A stretch of 64,000 nt of DNA from Eledone cirrhosa (lineage: Eukaryota): assembly GCA_964016885.1 (NCBI GenBank), contig OZ024741.1, positions 155,000,001-155,064,000 of the forward strand, given 5' to 3'. The translations under genes were made by a program, and so were the position numbers. Under the pieces are notes generated by a model. The model did no database searches. It was not told the DNA's origin and saw only the letters and a program-made list of their open reading frames with translations. Positions 40,970 to 54,689 of this stretch are shown piece after piece; the first letter of the stretch is position 1, and the number at the start of each line of letters is the position of its first letter.

Positions 40970-41267
40970 CACGTTTTCAGATAAAGAATCTTGCTAAACA
41001 AATTCAGAAACGAAATATATATATATACATATATATTCGATATGTCTCATATGAAATAATACAGCCAATTTTCCACGCAATACTTTTAGTTAGCACCCCG
41101 AACGCATAATTAGGAATATAATCACTTATTTCCTAATGTTTGTTGAGTGAGTTGGAATTTGGCCGGAGTATCGTTAAAAGGCTTTCTCCGATATTGTATT
41201 TATATATATATACATATATATATACATATATATATATACATATATATGTATATATATATGTATATAC

Positions 41268-41334
<67 letters not shown>

Positions 41335-41336
41335 TG

Positions 41337-41372
<36 letters not shown>

Positions 41373-41439
41373 TACATATATATATACATATATATATATA
41401 CATATATATATATACATGTAGGAGGTGAGTTTTATTGTA

Positions 41440-43150
41440 GCGCAATAAAGCAATGCAAATATCGGATAAGTAGCACTCTACAGTTTGTAGGACTGGAGTA
41501 TAAATAATATAAGATCAAAAGATAGTTAAAAGAGTTCCAAGTATTTTATTATGCGCATTTCAAAAACAAATATCATCATGAGATGATATCTGCGTTTTCA
41601 TCAGATAAAATAGGGATACATGATATGAAAGTTAAAAAACACTTGTGAATAGTGAAGTTTTAAATCAACATATGAAAAATAATTTAAGATTGATGTGTGA
41701 TATTGGGAAAAAGTGAGGGGGTTGGAAAGGGTAAGGAAGAGGAGTAGATGAGAGTAAAGTATGGTGGGGGAGGAGTATAAGAAGGGAGGATGAGAGAGGA
41801 GGAGAGATGGGTGATAGAGAGAGAGAGATAGCCTTTACAACTGAGAAAAATATATATTGTCTCACAGAGAAGTTAAAAAGCCGTTGGAAGATAATAGATA
41901 ATTTAAAAGAATTTGAAATTAAAAGTTGATGAAGAGAAAAAGGGATTAAGAATAATATTAAATTAACGTTTGTATATTGAAGGGTTTAATAATATGTGCG
42001 ATGAAAAGAAATTGTTAATATGTATTATTAAAATAAAAATATTAATGTTATTAAGGATATAATGTGAAAAGAAGTAGAAGAGTGGATGAGTTATGAATTT
42101 AGAGGAATTAGTTAGTGTTTAAGTTTGTTTTTATGTAATGTAATATGTGTGCGTAATATATGTAAATAGTTTGTTTAAAAATGAGCGCAGAAAGCAAAGA
42201 AGAAAATAATGTTTAAGGAAGAAAATATCTAACATCAAAATATATGTTTACGAAATATTTTCTAATGGTAATAATATAATATATTAAAGGAAATTAGTCA
42301 GGGTTTAAGTTTGTTTTTATGTATTGTAATATGTAATATGTAAAAGTCAAACGAGCATGAAAGGAAGAGATAAAGAACTTAAGGAAGAAAAATCTAACGT
42401 CAAAAAATGTTTATGTTTACGAAGGACTATTAAAGGTAATACTATAATGCATTTAAAAGATAATAATAATTTGTATGGCCAATGATATGAAGAAAGATGG
42501 AAGAGTGGATATGTTGTGGTGAGTAATAATAAGAATTGAGAAGTAGTTAGGAAGAAAAAGAACAGATTAGAGGTTAGAAATTAAAAAGAAAAAAAAAGAA
42601 AAGAGGAAGAAAGGAAAGTGATAAAGAGGAATGATATAGAATGAGTAACTTGTATTATATAATATATAATAAATAATATTGAAATAAGGTAGAAAGATGG
42701 GTTTATTTAAAAAAATATATATAAGCCTTTGAGAAAAAGGATTTTAAACTAGTAAAGTATTAGATATTAGCTGTATACTTTATGGAATGTTCTGTGGAAT
42801 TTATTCAAGCAGAGAGAAAATAAATCTGCGTCTATTTATTATAGAATCTAAATTAGATATAATGGTAAATTTCTCAGATAGGCAAAGATTACATGTTCTG
42901 GATAGGGAGGCATTCAAGTAGGGAGAGGCAGAACAAACTTTCCTCCAAGAGATGTTATAGTTAATATTTTTGTCTTTCAAGGACCATATGAGTTCTGAGA
43001 GTGCCGTGTTAGTTCTTTTAAGTTGGTATCTAAAAGACGAATTGTGATTATAAAATCTCACTTTGAAGGAGGTGGAAGTGGAACCGAAATAGGTAAAGGA
43101 ATTGGTATCAGTTATAACTTTACATTCATAGACTAAGTTTTTTTCAAAAG
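41440..43150 (-). mobile_element. Penelope-like element 3' part: GIY-YIG endonuclease, long 3' UTR, hammerhead
   Basis: NLVYECKV..TYFGST..FKVRFYNHNSSF..TALSELIWSLK..CNLCLSEKFTI (43140-42801). Confidence 0.85.
41544..41610 (-). ncRNA. Type-I hammerhead ribozyme with long stem II
   Basis: UUUUAU-CUGAUGA-(16 bp stem, UCAU loop)-GAAA-UGCGCA-UA-AUAAAA; same strand and downstream of the GIY-YIG remnant. Confidence 0.85.
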
Positions 43151-43537
43151 GACATTTAGTTTTAACAGGGCTCCCTGAACTTCTTCCATCCCGTTATTAC
43201 CCTGGTTACTGTACTTTCAGAACACCCACCTCTGCTGCTAATTTGGTCACCTAGGTAGCAGAAGCTGTCTACTCTTTCTATAGAGCCCTCCCAGAGCGTA
43301 CATTCCTAACTAATCTTCCTGAGATCCCACTATGTGTACCCATAGTTTGCATTTGGTGCAGAGGATGGAATTCCTACCCACACCTTTCCTACATACTGAG
43401 TAAGGCCATTTTCTTGAGTGGCTCTGGGTTCTGTTTTCTAGTCTACTTACGGGGACCTTAGTCTTTGTCAGGTTGACTTTGAGACCCTTTCTTTCTAGTC
43501 CCTGCTTCCATGTTTGGAATTTCTTCTTTAGTTCCAA
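43150..43537 (-). mobile_element. RTE LINE internal fragment
   Basis: FQTWKQGLERKGLKVNLTKTKV..CRKGVGRNSILC. Confidence 0.85.
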
Positions 43538-43581
43538 CATATATATATATGTGTGTGTCAGTGTGTGTGCGTATATATGTG

Positions 43582-43612
<31 letters not shown>

Positions 43613-43873
43613 ATATATATATGTGTGTGTGTGTGTATATATATATATGTGTGTGTATGTGTATATATATGTGTGTGTGTGTATACAGACAGACAACTGA
43701 AGAGAGGACCTGTCCCTTGTTTGTGCTTTCCTTTTTTTCTAAATACACTTTATCAAGTAACCACACAGCCCCTTGTTCCTTCTAAATTTTTATTAATGTT
43801 TTGCTGTGACTCATTCTTTCTCTTCATCTCCCTTGTTGTTATTAACTCTTTCCCTTTCATTCTTTCTCTCTCC

Positions 43874-43984
<111 letters not shown>

Positions 43985-44487
43985 ACTCAGTTATACTCTC
44001 TTTCTCTCTGTTCCTTACTACTTCTGTTTTCTCTCGTCGCTGCCTCTTTTCGCCTACTCCCGCTGATGTTAGACTTGTTTTTCTTCCCTCTCTCTATCTT
44101 GCTGTCAATAAAAGCCTCAGACTTATGTTCAGCCATTGGTTTGACTTCTCTCTCTCTCTCTCTCCTGGTTATTTACATACATATGCTTCTCCTCGTGCCC
44201 CCCCCCCCGCTTTATAGATATGTTTTCTACGTTTTTTTTCTATTTTTTCTCCTTTATTTTCTCTTTTTTGCCCTTCTGTTTAATTTTTCTCTCTCTCCTT
44301 TTTTTCCTTCCTCAATAACTTACGAAAGTTATTCGACACACTGGGGTTAGACATATTGTCTTTAATGCGTTAAAATGTCCAAGACCCCCAGCAGACAACT
44401 GAAGAGGGGATATGTCCCTTGTTTGTGCTTTCCTTTTATTTCTAAATACACTTTATCAAGTAATCACACAGCCCCTTGTTCATTCTG

Positions 44488-44562
<75 letters not shown>

Positions 44563-44901
44563 GTTAACATATACATAAAGTTATAGATATATACATGTTG
44601 CAACTGGTCACTTTTAATATAATTACGGTATGTGCGCATTTCTTCTAAGTTAAATTTTACACCTAATTGTGTATGGTTGATGGTATATTTAGTCAGTTTC
44701 TACATGCTGTCGAAATGTTGGATAAATACTCGATTGAGGCCGCCGCGAAGAGGCTACGTTCGGTTATTTGTCGGGGATTTCCCCATAAGAGCATTTATTC
44801 TTATAGCTTGTTCTGATTGATTTTTTATATGGTTAGTTATGCTAATTAGAAGAAGAAATAGTATATATTTTATTATCTGATGATTCTAAAGACATGATTT
44901 A

Positions 44902-44962
<61 letters not shown>

Positions 44963-45679
44963 TACATCTGAAAAAATTCATCAGCTCTGCTTGGGTGTAA
45001 TAGTAGCACAGCAGAACAGAATATAGCAAGTGAGCGTCTGAGTTCAATGGATATCACTGTACAAACTTTTTCTGACCTCAGAGATATATATGCCCAACTT
45101 ATTACATTATTTTTCAAAAATGTATGTTGAAGATGTTAATATTAAATTATAAAAATTCAAAATTTATAACTTGTTCGGGAATGCTAAAAATAAATCATTT
45201 TTACACATTCTGGTTGGTTTTTTAAAGAAGGATAAATAACAAAAAAATTTGTTGTCTTTGCTTTGGTGTAATGGTAACACAGTGGAATGAAAAATAGTAG
45301 GTGTAGGTTTCCATGGGTTGCACTGTATACATTTTTTCCTTCTTCAGGAGATAATATGCTCAACTTATACTATTTTTCATAGTCAAAAATGTATGCTGAA
45401 ACTGATAACATTAAATGGGCATAAACATTCAAAATTTGTAACTAGCTCAGCAGTTCCTTCTGTAGGAGACCAATTTGTGATTTGAAGTCTATTTGGTTAA
45501 GACACTCGCACAATTTTAGTTGTATCATGCCCTATGCTCGGTTGTCAAATATAATTCTGTTGTCACATAACATTGACCACATACATGCAATTTCGATCTT
45601 CAAGTCAGTACATTAAAATTATTATCATTATTTGAAACTTCCTTTGAATTCTGCTTCTTTCCCAAATCATGTCGAGTGT

Positions 45680-46125
45680 CAACCTAACACTTGAAGAGAA
45701 AAATCAGGATGGAGAGGCAAGTGCTGCCTTCTAGCAAGTTTGTTGAAAGGTGGGTGAATGTAGCGAGAATGGTCCGAGTAAACGGGACCGATCTGAATAT
45801 ACACCTGTAGTTTGAGGAATGGAAAAATTGAGAGAGGGCGCTTGCCCTGGTGGTCAGAGTGGCCGTGGTCTTTTGTGTGGTTTTCGCCACGAGTAACCCT
45901 CGGAGGTTTCCCCCCTATTGGGGAATTTTTCATTGTTTGAATTTTCATTTTTATTGTTTATATATATATTTCTATGTCTTTTTTTTTTTCGTTTCTTATA
46001 TAAATAATAAAAATCTTTACAGGCACAAAACCCCCATCGTACCGTCCTGTACCGTACTGTGCCATCTGTAATGTTTTTCTTAGTGTCAGCCCTTGTGGCC
46101 AATAAAGAAATCATTATTATTATCA
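45680..46125 (+). mobile_element. Tx1-like LINE 3' fragment
   Basis: HLKRKIRMERQVLPSSKFVERWVN; 3' end gtggccaataaagaaatc(att)n. Confidence 0.8.
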
Positions 46126-46134
46126 TTGTTTTGC

Positions 46135-46320
46135 AGTAGATTGGCAGTATTGGTAGAGTGTCAGACACCATGCTTTGCAGCATAGAGTTATGGCCCTTTA
46201 CATTCTGAGTGCAAACCCCGCTGAGGTTAACTTTTCCTTTCATCCTTATGGGGTCGATAAAATAAAGCACCAGTAATGCACTGGGGTAATTGCTGGCTTT
46301 GTGCTAAAAGTAGGAACAAT
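46135..46320 (+). mobile_element. Nin-like tRNA SINE
   Basis: Same unit as 3105-4175; flanked by a tattatcattgtttt duplication. Confidence 0.8.
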
Positions 46321-46493
46321 TATTATCATTGTTTTTCCTTTTCCTTCAGTATTGTTTCTGTTATATGCCAGGTGTCTTCCTGGCACCTAGGGCAAATAAA
46401 CTCACTGTATACATTGGTCAATGTCATTGTATTGTCCCCTACATGCCGGCCGTTGTGGCCAATAAATGAAATCATTATTATTATTATTATTAT

Positions 46494-49400
46494 TGGTCTA
46501 ATCGGATGTATTTTGCTCGCTCCCAGTAAGTCGCTTTATTTGCCTGTTAAAATTATTTGTTGTTAAATATTTCTTGTTGTGTAAGGGATATAAGCCCTTA
46601 GACTTTGCCCAAAGTTTTGAACTTTTTTTACATTTTAAAAAATTTACGGAGAAAAAAAATACATGGCTGAGCCACGCCCCCCCAGCGATATGTCTGCTGG
46701 CGTGCCACAACAACGTAGAAGTTGAGAGGAGCGCTACAGCGAAATTAACATAAATTGATAACACAAACACCACCACAAACAATGTAAACAAAGACACCAA
46801 TGATACCAATGAGAACTCTAATTTTGAAAAAAATGACAGTAACAGCGACAACGAAAATACAGATAAAAAAAAAATAACAAATACAACAATATCAACACCA
46901 CTAACATGAAAACAAATAGCAACAACACCAACAGCAACAATACCAACTGCACCGAGAACAACAGTGGCAACAAAGACAACAGTGATAACAGCAACAGTGA
47001 TAACAACAACACCAACAAGAACAACGACAACGACAACAACACCCCCAACGAAAACAAAAAGAACACTTTCACTGCGGCAGCAGCAAAGAAGAGGCCATGC
47101 TTCAACATGGACCTCTCAAACAAAGATGAAAAGTTGGCCCAGGCATGGAAGCTCATCAAGCAAGAGCAAACCTGGGCCAACTTAACTGTCCCGGTAGAAG
47201 CTATTGGGGCAGTGGAGTGCAGAACGGTGCATTATAGATGCATCTCAGCACAAACCAAAAGGGCAGCTTTAATCCCACAAGAAGATGTTGAAGTCACGCT
47301 GAGGTGCATCAGAGAAGACACCGAATACATAGAGAGGGGCAGACAGTACGGCACCATTTCGGTGTTGTTCAAGTCAGAAGCCCTCGCTATGAAACACGCT
47401 ATGACTCCTTGCAAAACCAGCAAGGTCATAATGTACCCCTCCCACATGGGAAAAAGAACGGCCCGTCTCCGCATTCCCAGAATGCCACCAGGACTTGACA
47501 TGTGGTGGCTTCTGGGAGATCCTTCTCCAGATCAGGCCCGAGAATGTGAAGACAATCCCGGACCACATCCGCCTTCAGAATGGGACGGTCATTCACATTA
47601 TGACCGAAGGCAAAAGGCCGCAGTGTTTTGTTTGTGGGAAAAAAACCCATTTGCGAGCCTTCTGCCCTCAACTGCTGAAAGAGGCAAGGGGTCGAAAGGC
47701 TCCACTGCTGCCGACGCCGGGGTGAGGACCACAACCAACACCAGCACTGGCAAAACCACCAACAACAACACCAAACACCAATAGAAAGACCACCACCAAC
47801 ATTGACCACCCAGGGGGGAAACGAGGAAAGCTGTCAAATCCCCCCCCCCCAAAAAAAAATACACACACCAATAAAACCATAAACACACATACAGACACAC
47901 TTACAGACACAGACCCCTCATTTACCAGTAGTGAAGATGAGGGAAAACCAAAATCCCCTAAAATAGAAAATAGGAAACACAAAAAGAAAAAAAAAACTCA
48001 ACAAAGCACAAAATCACCCACAATAAAAAACGCAGACACCACCCACGCAAACATCGTTCCAATAACACCAACATCAACACCACCATCACCATCACCAGAA
48101 TCCCCAAAACGCAAACAACCTAAACAGATGCAGGAACAAATACACACACAAACATCTGAAACCACAGACACCGCACTCACAACAAACACAGACACAACCG
48201 AAACCATACCACCAAAACCATCACCACCACAGCCACACAAACAAATAAAATCACACCAACATAACATACAAAACTTCGTGCTCATCAGGAGAGCCAACAA
48301 GGAACTGATGACCCTCGTAGCATGAAGTGAAAATATACAAAAAGAGGGGGAAATTTTTAAATCAACCACATTTCGCGTGCCGGAAGATTTGGTTCTGGTG
48401 CGAATGTCAATCGATTTATACAAAGAAATACGAGACAGCTTTCCTCGGGACATGGGAACCACGAACGAAAAACCCACTTCAAGACTTTTAAAGGGAGAGC
48501 CCGGAAGGTAAGTAAACCTTTCCTCTCTCTCTTTTTAACCTGCCAACAGAGCCGTATTAAGAGTAGGATGTTTAAATGTTCGAGGCCTGGGAATGTCCTG
48601 GAAGCAGGGTCACCGCTCAACGACCTCAGGTCTCTAGAAATGGATGTAATTGCCGTCAGCGAGACCAGGATTTCCGACACGCACACATAGCCCCCATTTT
48701 CGACGGCTATCAGATCTTTGCATCTATTAGCCGGCCGGGAATGGGAGGCAGGGTGGCAGTGCTGTTTAGGAAAGGCCTGGATCTCGAGGTAAGGTCGATC
48801 TTCCGGGACCCAGACAGGAAGTTGGTGGTCCTGGAGGTGAACAATAACGAAGGTGGTGCCTTTAGACTGGTGGCCGTCTATGCTCCTACTGGACAGGACG
48901 GCCGGACTTCTTTAGACACCTGGAAGCCTTCCTGGGTACGTCTGGCTCTTTACTGTTAGCGGGGGACTGGAACGGCATCTTAGACGCACGCTGGGACTGT
49001 GTGGGAGTATCCTATAGGAGCGGGGGGTGCAAAAGCCTCAAGAACCTGATCAGCCAGTTCCAACTGTCTGACAGGTACCAACTAGATTTCCCTAATGCGC
49101 CAGTGTGGACCTCGGCTAACCGCATAGGGTCATCTAGATCGTATATAGACAGGATATTCATTAGGAAAATAGCCAGAAATAGTGTAAGCTGTCCACGTTT
49201 TGAAACGGTCGCCTATTCAGATCACAAGTTTGTGATCTGTATGGTCGACCTAGATAAGACACGTAGGTTAGGACCTGGTTACTGGAAGCTAAACATGTCA
49301 TTTCCGGCACGTAAGGCTTACAGGGACCAGGTCAACAATTTAGTTAAGAAAAAGTTGACAGGGGGAGTCGTCAACAATAGATGGTGGGGGGCTCTCAAAA

Positions 49401-51850
49401 GAGAGATTAGAGTAATGTCGATAGAGTTTAGCAAAGAAGTAGCGTTAGAGAAAAATAGAAAGGAGGGGGAGTTGGTAGATAAGTTAGACGAGGCTATTGG
49501 TAGTGGCATTGCAACTGACGTGCTAGCGGCGAGAATGGCATTAGACCATTTCTTCAATGCGAAACACGAAGGTTGCATTGTCAGAGCTAAGGCGCGTGCT
49601 CTGAGAAACAAGGGAACCAAAGCTGTTCAATGGGCCCACGTGGCAGAGGCGCAGCGTGGTAAGAAAACCACGATTCGGTCTTTGATGGACCGAGACGGGC
49701 ACGAGCTGAGCGATTCCAAGCGGATGTGTGAGGCCTTTCGCCAACATTTTGCTCGGACTGGCAGACTTCAGTCCCTACCTCGATGGCTTGCCGCAACTCT
49801 CGACGGCTGACGTGGGTGCTGCGAAAGGCCAATTACTTCAGCCAAGATTCAGGATGCCCTTGTCGGCTGCGTGAGGCGCAAGTCACCCTGTTTGGATGGT
49901 CTGTCCTACGAGCTTTACGTAAATATGCCAGACTTGTTCTCCAATTTCCTCAAAGCCCTCTACTGCAACTGGCAGCAAAGCCGGGGCGTAGTAACGCTGA
50001 TAAGGAAAGACGAGAACAAAAGGGACACATTAGACAATTTCAGGCCCATAACTCTGCTCAACACAGAGTTTAAGATTTTGGCCAGGGTGTTAGCGAAGAG
50101 GTTGCCGCTTGTCGTCGGGGATTTGGTTGGGGAGGCGCAAACTTGCGCAAACCCAACCAGGTCCATACACGACAACCTCCACCTAATGCAATACATCATA
50201 GAGAGGGTAGGGTGTAAACCTGGCTTCGATGGGGCTCTGATCAATTTAGATCAATCGAAAGCATTCGATAGGGTTGACCATCGGTACCTGGAGGCTGTCC
50301 TCAAGGCAGCTGGCTTCGGCTCTGTCTTCAGAAGCTGGATCGCTGCAATTCACAACGGCACCTGCTCGATGGTAAAAATTAATGGCCACCTCTCGGAACC
50401 GTTTCAGGTCTCCCGATCGGTCCGTCAAGGGTGCCCTCTCTCCTCCCTTCTGTACGTATTGACTCTCGAGCCTTTACTGAGATAAGAATTGGGATGAGGT
50501 GACAGGCAGGGTAGCCAGTCTCATCCAGAATGGGCTGGGATGAAGCTATCACTGAAAGGTCAGGCAGAGGTGGCGAATGCGTACATCGCGTCCGTCATCT
50601 ACTAATATCTGACCATCGTCCCTTGCCCCCGTTCGCACCTCGCCATCTTGGAACGGCTCTTCTTCAAATTCTTGTGGAGGGGTCAGGTTCCGCTGGTGAG
50701 GCGGTCCATCTGCTGCCAGCACCCTCTACGTGGAGGGCTGGGCATGCCGTGGCTAATGATGCACAGGAACGCGCTGAGACTGCGGCATCTCCAGATATTC
50801 TGCCTAAACGGTGAACAGGTGTGGTCGCCGTTTGTCAGATGAGCCTTTCCGCAGCTCGTTTCTTTGACTGAGCTGCAGTCCTGGGTCAAGAAGAGACCGA
50901 GACTGGGTGACTGGCATCTGGAATGTTGCCAGGCACTCACTGCCCTCTACCAGGTGGGCAATGCGATCAGTGGAACTTCCACTCTCGAGTTCTATAGAGG
51001 ATTAGCACTCAGAGAGGCTCTGGGAGTCAACGAAGTCGAACTAACCAGTCTGTACCAGAGGACTTTTGAGCCGGGGACGATGCATAATCTCCAAAAATCC
51101 CTCACTTGGCAGTCCTACCGGGGGGCACTGCCGGTTCGAGATAAACTCTACAGGCACGGAAGTGCTGTCAGACGGACCTGCCCGCGATGCGCGCAGAGCG
51201 ACAAAACCATTCTGCACGCACTCGTCCAATGTTCGTGCATTACTGACTTGTGGAGTTATGTTGAACAGCTGTTGTCGCGTGTAGAACGGATCCGGCTATC
51301 GGCCGAGTCCATAGTGAAGATCGACCCGCCGCCTTCCTTAGGTCAGGAAGGGCAGGCAATTTTCCTCTGTCTGGTGGCAGTAGCGAAAGAGGTTATATGG
51401 TGGATGAGGTTGAAAGGACTGAAGACAGACACTTTTCTCTTCGGCCAATCCCTCATCAACTTTTTCAAGTTTCACTTGGAAAGGAAGGTGAGGGGGGAGA
51501 GAGAAGTGCTGCCCCCCAGTACATTTGCTGAAAGGTGGGTGAATGTGGCGAGAATGGCCCGTGTGAGTGGGCCTACTCTGGTCATGCGGCTGTAGGTAGG
51601 TAAATTTGAGGAGGAGAGGGGGTGCCCTTCCAGGGTGCTCTTGAAGCGTCGGGTCGTTCAGGATTGGTGGGGTACCTGAGCGAACTCTGGGTGGTCATCC
51701 CCCCTATTGGGGAATTTTTTCTTCTTGTAATTTTATTGTTACTTTGTTATTGTGATTCATATTGTTTACTCGATTTTTTCTGCAAAACCCCACTGTCCCA
51801 GTCTTTTGTATTGTCCCCTATATGTCGGCCCCTGTGGCCAATATATGAAA

Positions 51851-51900
<50 letters not shown>
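46494..51900 (+). mobile_element. Full-length but inactivated Tx1/L1-clade LINE
   Basis: ORF1 remnant (Asn-rich, CFVCGKKTHLRAFC knuckle); ORF2 RVGCLNVRGL, SETRI, AGDWN, SYIDRIF, SDH, GPGYWKLN, FRPITLLN, DQSKAFD, VRQGCPLS, C-terminal CPRC..H...C; YADD segment deleted near 50490; (ATT)n tail. Confidence 0.92.
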
Positions 51901-51913
51901 TTGTTTATTCCAG

Positions 51914-52022
51914 CCAAGAAGAGGCCATTAAGATTGAAGATGAATTGTTAACAGAATATGCTTTCAGTGTTCCGCAACTGATAGAACTGGCAGGATATAG
52001 CTGTGCTGTGGCCATCACAATG
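51914..52022 (+). CDS. YjeF_N domain protein (NAXE/YJEFN3-like), internal coding exon A
   Basis: ttccag| ... |gtgaga; [36 protein letters not shown], matching NAXE [31 protein letters not shown]. Confidence 0.93.
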
Positions 52023-52214
52023 GTGAGAACCTCTCTATTACTAATTGTATGTGTCATTGCATGCATGTGTGTCTGTCTGTGCTTATGTGATGTAATTTTG
52101 ACAAAAATAGATCATTCATAAAATATATACAGTCTTGAAATGTTCTGTATGAGCAAGACATGGTGATCTAACTCATGCTAGCATGGGAAAATGGAGGTTA
52201 AACGGTGATTATGA

Positions 52215-52268
<54 letters not shown>

Positions 52269-52269
52269 A

Positions 52270-53630
52270 AATAAATATTTTTCTTTATTTGCCACAGGGG
52301 CGTACAAAAATGGAACATTACAAGACGTGACGGCGGGGGTTTTACATAAAAATAACTTTAACATTAATAAATAACAATAAACTATATATAATAAAATAAC
52401 AATTGAAATCCCCAGTAGGGGGGAACGTTACTGCAGGGTTGTTTTACACCCCATGGATAGAACAACCCTCAACACCAGGAACACGTTTTGTAGGTGTTCC
52501 TGTCTTCCCTCTGTTTATCTTCCTCAACCTACAGGTTTATATACAGAGAAGGCCCATTCACTCAGGCCATTTTTGCCACATTCACCCACCTTTCAGCGAA
52601 TTTACTCTCACCTTCCTTCTGAAGTGGTACTTAAAGAAGGGGATAAGTTGTTGTCCGGAGAGAAAGGTGTTTGCCCTCAGTCCTTTTAACCTCGTCCACC
52701 ATATTACCTCTTTTGCCATAGCCACCAGACAGAGGAAAACCGCCTCTCCTTCATTCTTAAATGAAGGCGGCGGGGTGATCCTTTCGATGGACTCGGCTGA
52801 CAACTGGATACGTCCCAAATGTGACAGCAGTTGTTCGACATAATTCCACAGGTCAGTCACCCCTGGGCACTGAACAATTGCATGCAGAACGGTTTTGATG
52901 TTCTGCTCGCATCTTGGACAGGTCCTTTTGGCAGGATCTTTGCCAGGGCGTCCGTGCCTGTAGATTTTGTCTCGAACTGGTAGAGCTCCTCGGTAGCACT
53001 GCCAGGCCAGAGACCTCTGGAAGTTGTCCATAGGCCCTGGATGGAAAGTCCTCCCGAACAGACTGGTCAGCTCGTCCTCCTCGATGCCTAGAGTTTCCCC
53101 GAGAATGTCGTCACACTTATCCTCCATTAATCCCCTATAGTATGTCGAAGTGGAGTTTCCGCTGATTGCTGTTTCCGCTTGGTAGAGGGCTGTGAGCGCC
53201 TGTAGGCACGCGAGGTGCCAGGCACCCATTTTCAGTCTTCGCTTGACCGAGGACTGCAGCTCTGTTAGTGAGACGAGTTGTGGAAGAGCTTGTCTCACAA
53301 ACGACAGCCACACCGGTTCACCGGTCAGGAATACCTGGAGATGGCGTAGCCTCAGCGCATGTTTACGCATCATCAGCCACGGAATGCCCAGCCCTCCGTT
53401 AGAAGGGTGTTGAGAGCAGATGGATCTCCTCACCAATGGAGCCAGTTTCTTCCAGAGGAACTTGAAGTGTAGGAGTTCCATTTTGGTAAGGTATTCGTGG
53501 GGGCAAGGCATGACTGTCAAGCGGTAGTAGATGACGGACGCTATGTAAGTGTTCACCACCTCCGCTCGACCTTTCAAGGAGAGTTTGCACTCAGCCCACT
53601 TCTGGGTGAGTGCAAACACCTTCGCCGTGA
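52270..53630 (-). mobile_element. 5'-truncated Tx1-like LINE in intron
   Basis: 345 aa ORF 52582-53619 LSLKGRAEVVN..GGLGIP..CPRCEQ..TVLHAIVQC, homologous to 50540-51595. Confidence 0.9.
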
Positions 53631-53829
53631 TATAGAGAGCTCTTTTGGCTGTTTAGAATTGGTACACCATATACTTGCACATCATAAGTAATGACTAGAA
53701 AGCTAGGTACCAGGCAGGGCATCCGGCTGTAAATCATTGCTTTGAAAAGAACCCCATGAGGGGGTATTAAATCCTTCCTTTAGCAGAGAAAATGGTTTTA
53801 AATGCTTGCATATATATGTATATAGCCCA

Positions 53830-54070
53830 CATCAACACTCCAGCAGTGATATATCAAGCAGAAATGAGCTCCACCAACAAGAGCCATCAAATTGAAGCTT
53901 GGACTTATGTTGGAATGTCTGAGAGCCGGTTTAAAAGCTGGTACCTGAACCACAAAACAACCTTCAGACATCCTGACTAAAACAAGCCACCCAGCTCGTG
54001 AACCATGCATAGAACCTCAAAAATAACAGCACAGCATTTTCTATTAAATGGAGTATCTATAAATAAATGT
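53830..54070 (+). mobile_element. Penelope GIY-YIG remnant
   Basis: AVIYQA..TYVGMSESRFKSWYLNHKTTFRH..FSIKWSI. Confidence 0.75.
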
Positions 54071-54689
54071 CTATGATTTTCTCACAACACGTAAAAAGAG
54101 TGGAGTAGTTTGACTACCTCATACGCAGCGCTCCTACCACCCCTGAAAAGGTAACAGCTCTACCCTCACACATTACCCTTAAAGCCAGGAACTTTTCAGC
54201 AGCCCCTCATATATATATATATATGGTGATGGTAATATATAAATACATGTATCAACATCTGATATATTTATATATATCATCATCATTATCCTTATCCCTG
54301 TTTAACATCCATTTTTCCACACTAGCATGGGTTAAACGAGTTGTCTCATTTTGAGATAAGCCAGCTCGTATCTTACTCATACAGAACTGATTACTGATTT
54401 TGGCTTTGTTTCTATGGCTGGATACCCTTCCTTATGCCAGCCACATTTACAGTGTGGGCTGGGTGCTTTTTGTCATGACACCTACATGACCACCTTACAG
54501 TGTGGGTGGTGGGGGAATTTTTGTCATGACACCTACATAACCACTTTACAGTGAGGGCTGGGCGCTTTTTAATATGTCACCATCACGACCACTTTACAGT
54601 TTGGGCTGGAGACTTTGGTAGAGGAGGTGTGTAAAAGTATGTATATATATTGACAGATATCTATATATATTTTCCATTTTATGTCCCAA

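Noticed and set aside
46906-47784. 292 aa Asn-rich ORF as a host gene
   Set aside because: Part of the frameshifted Tx1 ORF1, upstream of the zinc knuckle and ORF2.
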